The notes under the pieces: generated by a model
The model's database searches: none
What the model was told of the DNA's origin: nothing
The model's input: only the letters and a program-made list of their open reading frames with translations
Program-made: the position numbers and the translations under genes
In this document: positions 1 to 8,822 of the stretch, one piece after another
Numbering within the stretch: position 1 is the first letter of the stretch
How the letters are laid out: each line of letters starts with the position of its first letter
Assembly (NCBI GenBank): GCA_963662435.1
Contig: OY759598.1
Span: 1,024,507 to 1,088,506, forward strand
DNA length: 64,000 bases
Direction of reading: 5' to 3'
Source of the DNA: Dehalococcoidia bacterium
Lineage (GTDB): Bacteria > Chloroflexota > Dehalococcoidia > Lucifugimonadales > VXLM01

Positions 1-620
1 AGGGCTTGGAAGGTACGGGTCGCCGGATGAATGTTCCTGCGCCCCCGGCTGCCCCTTCCAACTGCTCCGGCTATCACTTCGGCCAATTCCGTCGTGGTCT
101 CTATCCGCCGGGCCCTGACAATCGCTCTAGCGATGCGTCGCGACCTGCGTTCCTCTCCCAACTGGTAGATGAGATCTGCAAGGTCGCCTTCTTTGGTTTC
201 ATTGACGATATCCCTTGCCGATCTTTCGACCGAGGGCCCGAATCGCATGTCAAGGATCGCTTCCTTCGAGAAGGCGAACCCGCGAGGGCCGCTGTCCAGC
301 TGGAGCGAAGATACTCCAAGGTCGAGCAGGACCCCGTCGCAGGGGAGGTGTCCGTTCTTCGCAGCGGCCTCGACAATATTCACATAGCTGGTCTCGTCCA
401 GGCTCACGCTCTCTCCGAACCTGGAGAGCCGGTCTTCGGCGACCGAAAGCGCTTCGCGGTCCAGATCGAGCCCGAGCAGTCGGGCAGGGGGATCGCAATG
501 AAGAAGGATAGCCTCGGAATGACCGCCCTCACCCGTAGTGCAGTCGATGTAGAGACCTTCCGAACGCGGCTGCAGCGCCGCTACGACCTCTTCAACCATC
601 ACGGGCTTGTGACGTATCAC
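1..620 (-). CDS. rsmH: 16S rRNA m4C1402 methyltransferase RsmH (MraW), 3' end runs off window
   Basis: Not in the ORF track. Manual translation from GTG at 620 (RBS GAGGGAG): HKPVMVEEV..YIDCTTGEGGHS..LLGLDLD..DGVLLDLGVSSLQLD..RGFAF..LDMRF..GEERRSRRIARAIV..IHPATRTFQAL. Confidence 0.95.
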   Translation of the reverse strand, partial: MIRHKPVMVEEVVAALQPRSEGLYIDCTTGEGGHSEAILLHCDPPARLLGLDLDREALSVAEDRLSRFGESVSLDETSYVNIVEAAAKNGHLPCDGVLLDLGVSSLQLDSGPRGFAFSKEAILDMRFGPSVERSARDIVNETKEGDLADLIYQLGEERRSRRIARAIVRARRIETTTELAEVIAGAVGRGSRGRRNIHPATRTFQA

Positions 621-796
621 CCGACTCCCTCAACAGAGCAATACTGCGTGCTACACTGTTAACGTGCTGGCCTTCTGGCATGCACCTTTAGGCCGGTTAT
701 CTCGGAGTCTCACAGATAGGCCGAAGTACGTGCAAGGGATTTTGAATACTGTTTTATACTTTTTCTAAACTTCGGCTGAACTAATCAAGAGCGAAG

Positions 797-1303
797 ATGA
801 CCGATTCCAAGCATGAATTCACCTTTGCCGTGCTCACCAGCAGCGACGCAGGGTATAAAGGAGAGCGCGAGGACACGAGCGGAGACGCCGTTGTCGAGAT
901 GATGACGGCGGCAGGGTTTCGGCTCGTCGACCGAGACATCGTTCCCGATGAAGCCGATCAGATAGCCGAACGTCTCGTTTCCTGGAGCGATGGGGGAGAC
1001 GTGGATATCGTCATCACCACGGGCGGCACGGGACTCGGCCCGCGGGACGTGACGCCTCAGGCCACCTCAACGGTCATAGACTTCGAGGTCCCGGGCATCG
1101 CCGAGGCGATGCGAACGGAGACGATGAGGATAACGCCCATGGCAATGTTGAGCCGTTCCGTCGTCGGAGTTCGCAAGGGGTGCCTCATCGTTAACTTACC
1201 CGGAAGTCCCAAAGGAGTTCGCGAGACCCTCGAAGTGGCGCTCAGGGCCGCATCGCACGGCCTCGAGATGCTCCGAGGCTGGCGTGGCCACCCTTCCCAC
1301 TAG
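797..1303 (+). CDS. mog: Molybdopterin adenylyltransferase, MogA/MoaB family
   Basis: DTSG, VITTGGTGLGPRDVTPQA and IVNLPGSPKGV motifs. Confidence 0.9.
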   Translation: MTDSKHEFTFAVLTSSDAGYKGEREDTSGDAVVEMMTAAGFRLVDRDIVPDEADQIAERLVSWSDGGDVDIVITTGGTGLGPRDVTPQATSTVIDFEVPGIAEAMRTETMRITPMAMLSRSVVGVRKGCLIVNLPGSPKGVRETLEVALRAASHGLEMLRGWRGHPSH

Positions 1304-1360
1304 GGCACAACTCGTCCTCTTCTCAGTACGACAGTCCATTTGTAGGTCTACCTGCTGCAC

Positions 1361-2095
1361 ATGCGATTCCACGTTCTGACAATCTTCCCTCGTATGTTCG
1401 AGAGCCCCTTCGCTGAGGGTGTCGTGCATCGCGGCATCGAAGCGGGCCTGATCGAGCTGTTCGTTCACGACATTCGCGACTTCACCCATGACCGGCATCG
1501 CTCCACCGACGACTACACCTTCGGCGGCGGTCCTGGCATGTTGATGAAACCCGAACCGCTCTTCGAGGGAGTGGAGTTCATCCGCGATGAACATGACGTC
1601 GGCGAAGAAGCTCCCATCATGCTGCTGACGCCTCAGGGGGAACGCCTCACACAGCACTCAGTCGAAACGTTCGCCGTCGAGGACGACGTGATCCTTATAT
1701 GTGGCCGCTACGAGGGATTCGATGAGCGGGTCCGCGAGCACCTCGCGACCCACGAGATCAGCGTCGGAGACTATGTCCTCAATGGGGGAGAGGCGGCCGC
1801 CATCGTGCTTGTTGAGTCGATCGCCAGGCTGGTGCCGGGTGTCCTTGGATCGAACGAGTCTGCGAGGAGCGACTCCTTCTCTTCCGGCCTCCTCCAGTAC
1901 CCGCAGTACACACGCCCCGCGGAGTTTCGGGGAATGACCGTACCGGATATCCTTCTCTCCGGCGACCACGCCCGAATAGAGAAATGGCGCCGCCAGGAGT
2001 CCCTTCGACGGACATTCAAGCGCCGTCCTGACCTGCTCGATAGGGCAAATCTGTCCCCGGAAGACAGGGCCTTCCTCGATTCACTGCAGCAGTGA
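1361..2095 (+). CDS. trmD: tRNA (guanine37-N1)-methyltransferase
   Basis: [46 protein letters not shown]. Confidence 0.97.
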   Translation: MRFHVLTIFPRMFESPFAEGVVHRGIEAGLIELFVHDIRDFTHDRHRSTDDYTFGGGPGMLMKPEPLFEGVEFIRDEHDVGEEAPIMLLTPQGERLTQHSVETFAVEDDVILICGRYEGFDERVREHLATHEISVGDYVLNGGEAAAIVLVESIARLVPGVLGSNESARSDSFSSGLLQYPQYTRPAEFRGMTVPDILLSGDHARIEKWRRQESLRRTFKRRPDLLDRANLSPEDRAFLDSLQQ

Positions 2096-2165
2096 CTTGG
2101 ATTCCAACCGTGAAAAAAGCGAATACAGGCTGGTTACATGCTGGTTAAGGAATGAGGTCCGAATT

Positions 2166-2564
2166 CTACATTTCACGTAAGCCGGGCAATGATGCCATCT
2201 TTCGGTCCAGCGTCAGTACCACGACTCCCGCTCGGGAGTAGCCATCGGCTATGAGGCGGTCGAAGAGACCGGGACCGACGGCGGCTTCCAGGGCATCGAA
2301 TACGGCCCGACCGTTCAACGGCGAAACCAGCCCGCTCCTCAGCACGTCCTTGAGACCGGCTCGCGCGTCCACCTTTGAGACGCCATAGTGATGTTGAACG
2401 GCGACATACGACTCCCCAATAACCTGGTTAGAGGCAAACACTTCCGCCCCGTCATCCTCGATCAGGGCACGCAGACGGTCCACGCAGCGCTCGAAATCTT
2501 CCGGCGGCTCACCCGTAAGAAGCCGCACCAGAATTGACGTATCAATCCCGCAGCGTGGGGTCAT
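2166..2564 (-). CDS. PIN-domain toxin (VapC-like)
   Basis: IDTSILVR...GESY...FDRLI...TLDRKM acidic PIN residues; ATG 2564 overlaps the antitoxin end. Confidence 0.85.
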   Translation of the reverse strand: MTPRCGIDTSILVRLLTGEPPEDFERCVDRLRALIEDDGAEVFASNQVIGESYVAVQHHYGVSKVDARAGLKDVLRSGLVSPLNGRAVFDALEAAVGPGLFDRLIADGYSRAGVVVLTLDRKMASLPGLREM

Positions 2565-2784
2565 GGGGCTCGTTGCGGAAGGAGTCGATGTCAAAGGGTT
2601 CCGCGAGACTCCTTAGCTTGCCACGGAGGGGAGCGAGACGGGTAGGGTCGATTCTCCGGGGCCGAAGAGTGAACCCGTCCGGACCCTCCTCCAGCTCCAG
2701 ATGGTCGCCTGGGCCCACCCCCAAAGCGTCCAGCACCCGGGCGGGGAAAGTGACCTGCCTCTTGGCCGTGACCTTCACTAGCAT
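2542..2784 (-). CDS. AbrB/MazE/SpoVT-family antitoxin (VapB-like)
   Basis: KVTAKRQVTFPARVLDALGVGPGDHL AbrB signature; RBS AAGGAG before ATG 2784. Confidence 0.88.
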   Translation of the reverse strand: MLVKVTAKRQVTFPARVLDALGVGPGDHLELEEGPDGFTLRPRRIDPTRLAPLRGKLRSLAEPFDIDSFRNEPHDPTLRD

Positions 2785-2792
2785 TCGTTGCT

Positions 2793-2820
2793 CCTTACCA
2801 CAAACATACATTGAGTAAGG
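2793..2820 (-). promoter_or_regulatory. Probable TA autorepression operator overlapping the promoter
   Basis: Inverted repeat CCTTAC..CAA / TTG.GTAAGG spanning the -10 region and RBS of the antitoxin. Confidence 0.55.
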
Positions 2821-2901
2821 TGAATTGGTCAATAGAGCCAGATCTCAGTCAACTTGAACACGATGATCTTGCAGATGCCGATTTATCCCCTCTCCCGTCG
2901 C

Positions 2902-3211
2902 GGGCTGACAGGGGTAGGTAAAACAGACCTTTTGCTATAACTCTGTCCCCTTGCCTGTCATTCCGAGTGAAGCGAGGAATCTAAAATCCATAACCGCAAG
3001 ACCGGACAGCCGGCGCTGCGCTTCTATCGTGACCAAGAACGATAACAGCACAAGTATCCCTTATGTCAGTTCCACCTTGTGATATACACCTTAGATTCTT
3101 CGACTCCGCTCTCAATGACACTCCCAATGTTGCGTTCTGGTGAACATAGACCCCCTCTCCCGTTCGCGGGAGAGGGCTGGGGAGAGGGCAAATGCCTACT
3201 CCTGTCAGCCC
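2902..3211. mobile_element. MITE-like element family 1 (TIR GGGCTGACAGGGGTAGG) carrying REP palindromes
   Basis: 17-bp TIRs at 2902-2918 and 3195-3211 (16/17 match); same ends at 27493-27806. Confidence 0.7.
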
Positions 3212-3233
3212 GCCTTAGCGATACTCAACCACC

Positions 3234-3308
3234 AATCTCTCCCCCGTCGGGGAAAAGATTCAGAGAGGGGGTCTTCGCGATTCAAATCACCAAGACTGGA
3301 CAATTACA
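3234..3308. repeat. REP-like D-type repeat plus right end of MITE family 2
   Basis: Near-identical to 12227-12298 and 34767-34839. Confidence 0.75.
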
Positions 3309-3429
3309 CCGCTCGGATTCTGTTGCATCAGCTACCCCGACGGGATACACTTGTTGAGTTGCATTCGCGAGTAACTCAAGACTCGCCGCCGAACCCTTCA
3401 GACACTCTTCTCCATAGGACGAGCCCAAA

Positions 3430-3783
3430 ATGGAAGCCCATCATCTTGCTCCTGTTGCGCCAAACCCGGAAGTCGACAACTTTCAACCTGGAGACTCGGT
3501 TAGAGTCACGATCATGGTTAAGGAAGGCGACCGAGAGAGGACGCAGGTTTTCGAGGGAGTCGTCCTACGCAGGCGAGGTCGCGGGCCGGGTGAGAGCTTT
3601 ACCGTGCGCCGGGTCTCCCAGGAAGTCGGCGTTGAGCGGACTTTCCTCATCAACTCGCCCATCGTCCAGAGTGTCAAGATCGTTCGACACGGCAAGGTGC
3701 GCCGAGCGCGCCTCTACTACCTTCGTGGCCGCTCCGGCCGGAGCGCCCGCATCAGGGAAGACCGCCGACGCAGCGGACGGTAG
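3430..3783 (+). CDS. rplS: 50S ribosomal protein L19
   Basis: [44 protein letters not shown]. Confidence 0.98.
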   Translation: MEAHHLAPVAPNPEVDNFQPGDSVRVTIMVKEGDRERTQVFEGVVLRRRGRGPGESFTVRRVSQEVGVERTFLINSPIVQSVKIVRHGKVRRARLYYLRGRSGRSARIREDRRRSGR

Positions 3784-3818
3784 TCGCCCTTCCTCGGTCA
3801 ACTCATTCGGCGCTTGAT

Positions 3819-3845
3819 GTGAGGCTGTTCAGCCTCACTCTCTCA
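3819..3845 (+). terminator. Hairpin downstream of rplS, probable terminator
   Basis: GTGAGGCTG-TT-CAGCCTCAC followed by a pyrimidine tract. Confidence 0.5.
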
Positions 3846-3968
3846 CACTAACCTGCGATCGACTGCATGGGGCCAATTGCTTTCAGCCCCACTTCCCAGC
3901 GGATATAATACGTTCCCACCCCAACACATCCTCGTAGTGCTCACTACGTAATACGCAAAGGATTCCTG

Positions 3969-5015
3969 ATGTACAAGATTGGAACCATACCGGGAGACGG
4001 CACAGGGCCGGAAGTCACCGACGAGGCCATGAAGGTGCTGGCGGCAGTCGCCGAGAAGAATGGCATCGACTACGAAGTGGTCGAGTACGACATCGGCGGC
4101 GAGCGTTACAAGAGGACGGGCGAGATTCTTCCCGACTCTGTGCGCGACGAGCTCGGGACCTTGGACGTTGCCTTCCTCGGCGCCATCGGACACCCGGACG
4201 TCACGCCTGGCATCCTCGAAAAGGGGATCCTGCTGACGCTTCGTTTCCACTACGAGATGTACATCAACCTGCGTCCTGTAAAGCTGTACCCCGGCGTCTG
4301 GACCCCCATCAAGGACAAGGGGCCGGAGGACATCGACTTCGTCGTCGTGCGTGAGAACACCGAGGGCATCTACAAGGGCCTGGGGGAATTCCGGCACAAG
4401 GGAACCCCCGACGAGATCGCCATCCAGATTTCCGAGAACTCCCGGAAGGGTGTCGAGCGTTGCGTAAGGTACGCCTTCGAACTGGCCCAGACCCGCGAAC
4501 GCAAGGAGCTGACTCTGGTGGGCAAGACGAATGTCCTCACGTACGCGATGGACCTGTGGGAGCGCACGTTCCACGAGATCGGCGAGGAGTACCCAGACAT
4601 CAAGCTGGATTACGCACACGTCGACGCAACTTGCATGTGGATGATAAAGAACCCCGAATGGTTCGACGTTATCGTTACCGACAACCTGTTCGGCGACATC
4701 ATCACCGACCTCGCCGCGATGATTCAGGGCGGACTCGGCATCGCCGCTGGCGGCAACATCCGGCCGGGAGGATTCTCGATGTTCGAGCCGATGGGCGGCT
4801 CCGCTCCCAAGTACGCGGGGCAGGGTGTCATCAATCCGCTGGCGGCAATCGGCGCGATGGGCATGATGCTCGACTTCCTCGGTGAGAAGACTGCAGCCAA
4901 GCAGGTGGAATCCGCGATAATGACGGTAACGTCCGAGAAGATTGAGAGCCTCAACGCCGGCAGGATGGGCTACTCCACCTCGGAAGTAGGGGACCTCGTC
5001 ACAAGCTTCCTGTAA
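3969..5015 (+). CDS. leuB: 3-isopropylmalate/tartrate dehydrogenase family (LeuB type 2-like)
   Basis: [48 protein letters not shown]. Confidence 0.8.
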   Translation: MYKIGTIPGDGTGPEVTDEAMKVLAAVAEKNGIDYEVVEYDIGGERYKRTGEILPDSVRDELGTLDVAFLGAIGHPDVTPGILEKGILLTLRFHYEMYINLRPVKLYPGVWTPIKDKGPEDIDFVVVRENTEGIYKGLGEFRHKGTPDEIAIQISENSRKGVERCVRYAFELAQTRERKELTLVGKTNVLTYAMDLWERTFHEIGEEYPDIKLDYAHVDATCMWMIKNPEWFDVIVTDNLFGDIITDLAAMIQGGLGIAAGGNIRPGGFSMFEPMGGSAPKYAGQGVINPLAAIGAMGMMLDFLGEKTAAKQVESAIMTVTSEKIESLNAGRMGYSTSEVGDLVTSFL

Positions 5016-6099
5016 TCAGATCGCCTATCTGCCTTGTGCCCACAACATCGCTGCCTCCCCTCGCGAGGTCCTGGGTACAGTAGCCTTCCGACAGCACGCC
5101 CTCCACGGCACGCTCGACCGCGTCGGCCTCCTCCGCGAGACCGAGAGAGTAGCGCAGCATCATGGACATGCTGTAGACAGCCCCGATGGGGTTCGCGATC
5201 CCCTGGCCGGCGATATCCGGCGCGCTGCCGTGGACAGGCTCGTACAGACCGAACTGGCGCTTCCCGCTGCCGTCGGCCCCCGGCGCCTCGGCAAGACTCG
5301 CAGATGGCAGCATCCCCAGCGAGCCCGTCAGCATGGCCGCCTCGTCCGACAGCAGGTCGCCGAAGATGTTGTTTGCCACGATCACGTCGAAGCGGGCGGG
5401 ATTTCGTAGCAGCTGCATGGCGAGGTTGTCCGCCAGGACGTGCTCCAACTCTACGTCCGGGTACTCCTCGCCAACCTCCGTGGCGACCTCTCGCCAGAGA
5501 CGCGATGACTCCATCACGTTGAATTTGTCCGTGGAAACCAGCCTGCCGCGCCTGGTCCGGGCCAACTCGAATCCCACTCTCACTACGCGAGCGATTTCCT
5601 CTTCGCTGTACTTCAGGGTGTCCATGCCCCGCCGCTTTCCCGACTTGGTCGACCAGCGCTTCTTCGGTTTCGAGAAGTACAGGCCGCCGATCAGCTCGCG
5701 CAGGACGATCAGATCGACGCCCTCCAAGTACTCCGGCTTCAGGGAACTGGCGGCATACAGGGCAGGATGCGACTTTGCCGGACGTATGTTGGCAAACAAT
5801 CCAAACTCGCGTCGAATCTTCAGAATTCCTTGTTCAGGGCGGTCAGTGGCATCAGCCACGTCCCATTTCGGTCCGCCCGCCGCGCCGAATAGGACCGCGT
5901 CGACGTCATAGCAGGTCTCAAGCGTCTCGTCGGGCAGGGAAGTGCCGTGATTGTCGATCGCAATCCCCCCGATGGGACCAGTTCGCAAGTCGAATCTGTG
6001 GCCGAACCGTGTTCCGACCTCGTCAAGAACCTTGACCGCCTCACCGATGACCTCTGGTCCGATACCGTCACCGGGCAGGGCCGCAATTGTAAAGTCCAA
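4999..6099 (-). CDS. leuB: 3-isopropylmalate dehydrogenase (classical LeuB type)
   Basis: LPGDGIGPEV, GAAGGPKWD..RPEQGIL, RELIGGLYF, NIFGDLLSDEA, YEPVHGSAPDIAGQ. Confidence 0.9.
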   Translation of the reverse strand: MDFTIAALPGDGIGPEVIGEAVKVLDEVGTRFGHRFDLRTGPIGGIAIDNHGTSLPDETLETCYDVDAVLFGAAGGPKWDVADATDRPEQGILKIRREFGLFANIRPAKSHPALYAASSLKPEYLEGVDLIVLRELIGGLYFSKPKKRWSTKSGKRRGMDTLKYSEEEIARVVRVGFELARTRRGRLVSTDKFNVMESSRLWREVATEVGEEYPDVELEHVLADNLAMQLLRNPARFDVIVANNIFGDLLSDEAAMLTGSLGMLPSASLAEAPGADGSGKRQFGLYEPVHGSAPDIAGQGIANPIGAVYSMSMMLRYSLGLAEEADAVERAVEGVLSEGYCTQDLARGGSDVVGTRQIGDLITGSL

Positions 6100-6184
6100 C
6101 GCTTTCCTCCATCGTGTCGCACTGATTGAACCGGTCGGGTATTATATCGGAACTAAGGGTGCGCAGGCCTGCGAAAATATGCAG

Positions 6185-6290
6185 GGTGTCCAAGAATCAC
6201 TCCGTTCACCCTGAGCCTGTCGAAGGGTGGCAGCACCGTTCATGGTTCGACAAGCTCACCACGAACGGTCTGGGCAGACTTTTCGACACC
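6185..6290. repeat. Inverted pair of REP-A palindromes inside degenerate GGTGTC..GACACC ends (relative of 8718-8818)
   Basis: CCGTTCACCCTGAGCCTGTCGAAGGG ... TTCGACAAGCTCACCACGAACGG. Confidence 0.7.
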
Positions 6291-6313
6291 ACACGAGGAA
6301 CGGTGAGCAATCT

Positions 6314-7486
6314 ATGACGGTAACCACGGACGCTGTCATCATAGGCGGCGGAGTAATGGGGACGAGCATCCTCTACAACCTGGCGTCGCGAGGTGTGCGA
6401 TCTCCCATCCTGCTGGAAAGAGACACGCTCGGCTCAGGGTCTACCGGCCGCTCCTCGGGCGCAGTGAGGATGCACTACTCCACGACCGTGAACGCCCATC
6501 TCGCCTGGGAGAGCCTGAAGATATTTCGAAACTGGGACGATGTTGTTGGGGGAGGGGACTGCGGATTCGTACACACCGGCTACATGGTCTTCGTGCCGGA
6601 GGAATCACACGACGGCCTCAGGCACAACATAGCTCTACAGCAGGCCGTCGGCATCGAGACGGAAGTCATCTCGAAGGGTGAGGCCCAGGAGCTCGCTCCC
6701 GCATTCGACTTCGCCGACGGCGAGTCCTACGCATGGGAGCCGCAGTCGGGTCACGCCGACCCTTCCGGCACAGCAATGGCCTACGCCGCCCGCTCACGCG
6801 AGATGGGAGCAGAGGTCGTCCTGGAATCGCCTGTCACCGATGTGGAGATCGCGAACGGCAGGGTCGTTGCCGTGCGAACCGCCACGGAGAGGTACGAGGC
6901 TCCCATCGTCGTGATTGCCACGGGCCCGTGGTCGGGACGCTTCATGAGCAAGTTGGGCTACGACCTTCCCCTGGAAGCCACAAGGCACGAGGTATTCCTC
7001 ATCCGCAGGCCCATGGACAGGCTGCCTTCGCACCCAGGCGGCGGAGACATGGCGAACCTTACGTACTTCCGCCCCGAGGGCTCCGACCTCACGCTTGTGG
7101 GCAACGGCAACGACGAGGATGTGGCTGACCCCGACGACTACAGCCCATCCATTCGCGCCGACCACCTCGAAGACGTTTGGCTTCGCCTGGCTCGCCGCAT
7201 CCCCGATATCGCGGACGGTGAGCTGTTCACCGGGTACGCCGGTCTGTACACTTCCACGCCGGACCTACATCCAATAATCGACCGGGTGGACGGCATCGAG
7301 GGGCTGTATCTATGTACGGGCTTCTCCGGACATGGCTTCAAACTGGCGCCCGCAATAGGTATCTGCATGGCGGAGATGATTCTCGAAGGCGAGTCGAAGC
7401 TGGTCGACTTCACGCCGCTGCGAATGTCGCGGTTTGCCGAGGGTAATCTCAATACCACAACGTACAAGTTCAAGGTGATAGCCTAG
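6314..7486 (+). CDS. FAD-dependent oxidoreductase, sarcosine oxidase beta/DAO family
   Basis: IIGGGVMG FAD motif, GSTGRSSGAVR, TPDLHPIID, GFSGHGFKLAP; upstream ORF extension is REP-derived. Confidence 0.9.
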   Translation: MTVTTDAVIIGGGVMGTSILYNLASRGVRSPILLERDTLGSGSTGRSSGAVRMHYSTTVNAHLAWESLKIFRNWDDVVGGGDCGFVHTGYMVFVPEESHDGLRHNIALQQAVGIETEVISKGEAQELAPAFDFADGESYAWEPQSGHADPSGTAMAYAARSREMGAEVVLESPVTDVEIANGRVVAVRTATERYEAPIVVIATGPWSGRFMSKLGYDLPLEATRHEVFLIRRPMDRLPSHPGGGDMANLTYFRPEGSDLTLVGNGNDEDVADPDDYSPSIRADHLEDVWLRLARRIPDIADGELFTGYAGLYTSTPDLHPIIDRVDGIEGLYLCTGFSGHGFKLAPAIGICMAEMILEGESKLVDFTPLRMSRFAEGNLNTTTYKFKVIA

Positions 7487-7536
7487 TATTCGATCTGATC
7501 GACAACACACATTGAAATCCCTAACGGAGGGGACCG

Positions 7537-8676
7537 ATGATAATTTCTCCACGCTTGATCTCGACCGCTCTTGCCCTGTTTGCGCTCCTAGTTGTTGCAA
7601 CGGTCTTCGGAGCGTGTTCAGAGCAAGAGTCGCCCCTCATCGCCGGGGACCTGTCCACGCCCACCTCCACACCCACCGTGCATGAACGGGCGGAAGCCGC
7701 GGCAGCCGCGACAGCCACCCCAACTGCCGTCCCGCTGCCGACCTCGGTACCGGTCGCGGTACCGGCTGCGACCACTGCACCAACCGCGATCCCAACAGAG
7801 CCACCGACGGCCACCGCCGAGCCGACAGCTACTGCAGTTCCGGCGGGACAGACGCCCGAACCCACGGCGGTCCAGGCCGGTGCGACTCCCGAGCCTCCTT
7901 CACCGACGCCTACTCCCGCGCCGCCACCGACGGCCACTGCGGTTCCGGAGCCCACCTCTCCACCGGCGATAGCCGTGGACCCGACCCACACACCCGTGCC
8001 TTTGCCGGAAGACTACAGCCTTAGAACGCACGGGCCTCCACCCGTCGAACTCATCAAGTTCGCCCAGTGGGATGAGAACCGCGTAAAGCTGGGCAACTGG
8101 GTAGCGGGATACATCATCGCACATGGACTCGATCACCCGGTCCGTGTCATCGAGATGGAGCCGGAGGAATACAAGGACAAACTCCCTCACGGCGACGTTG
8201 ATATTGTCATGGAAGCCGATCCCGCCTGGGCGCAGCCCTATGTGGACGCGGGAGTGCTGATCCTGCTGGGTCCGCTCTCCGACGCCAGCCCCGACACGGT
8301 CGTCGCAGTCAACGCGAGCGTATGGAGTCGGGCCCCGAGGGTGGGGCAACTCCTTGAAAAGTATGGTTGGAACGGCGAGCAGCTGACTACCGAGTCTGCG
8401 AGGATCAGGGGAGGGCGCATAGCGGTCCGCGAGAACATCATCGGTCTCTCATTCATCGAGGACAATGGTCCGATTTGGAGTACGTGGGTAGATTCCGACA
8501 CCGCGACGCGGGTCGAAACGGCCGTCAGCGATGGCAAGGTCGGCCACTGCCGCCAGTTCGAGGAGAGGCGCACGGCGAGCTTCACAAGGGTCTGCATAGA
8601 CGATCCCTCGATTAGCATCACCGACAGCGCGCGGCGTGTTGATGCGTCCGCGCCGGTAGCCGAAACATCAGGCTGA
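7537..8676 (+). CDS. Lipoprotein with Pro/Thr/Ala linker and OpuAC-like solute-binding domain
   Basis: Signal peptide with FGAC lipobox, PT-rich tract, IKFAQWDE..LGNWVAGYIIAHGL..GDVDIVME. Confidence 0.65.
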   Translation: MIISPRLISTALALFALLVVATVFGACSEQESPLIAGDLSTPTSTPTVHERAEAAAAATATPTAVPLPTSVPVAVPAATTAPTAIPTEPPTATAEPTATAVPAGQTPEPTAVQAGATPEPPSPTPTPAPPPTATAVPEPTSPPAIAVDPTHTPVPLPEDYSLRTHGPPPVELIKFAQWDENRVKLGNWVAGYIIAHGLDHPVRVIEMEPEEYKDKLPHGDVDIVMEADPAWAQPYVDAGVLILLGPLSDASPDTVVAVNASVWSRAPRVGQLLEKYGWNGEQLTTESARIRGGRIAVRENIIGLSFIEDNGPIWSTWVDSDTATRVETAVSDGKVGHCRQFEERRTASFTRVCIDDPSISITDSARRVDASAPVAETSG

Positions 8677-8717
8677 GTCGCGCTGCCGCCTCAATTTCGC
8701 AGGGGCGGCGCCGCTAA

Positions 8718-8818
8718 GAGAGTGTCCAATAAGTCACCGGACCCGTTCGTGGTGAGCTTGTCGAACGATGAACGACCCTTCGACAGGCTCAGGGTGAACG
8801 GAGCTTTTGGACACTCTC
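8718..8818. mobile_element. 101-bp MITE with 12-bp perfect TIR and TAA target duplication, carrying two inverted REP-A units
   Basis: taa|GAGAGTGTCCAA ... TTGGACACTCTC|taa. Confidence 0.75.
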
Positions 8819-8822
8819 TAAG

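Noticed and set aside
480..500. Apparent frameshift in rsmH
   Set aside because: Recounting the G run (5 G) gives a continuous frame, HCDPPARLLGLD.
6..662. 218-aa + strand ORF
   Set aside because: Antisense shadow of rsmH. The same applies to long shadows such as 3843-4619, 10065-11315, 22224-23318, 26163-27107 and 31520-32695.
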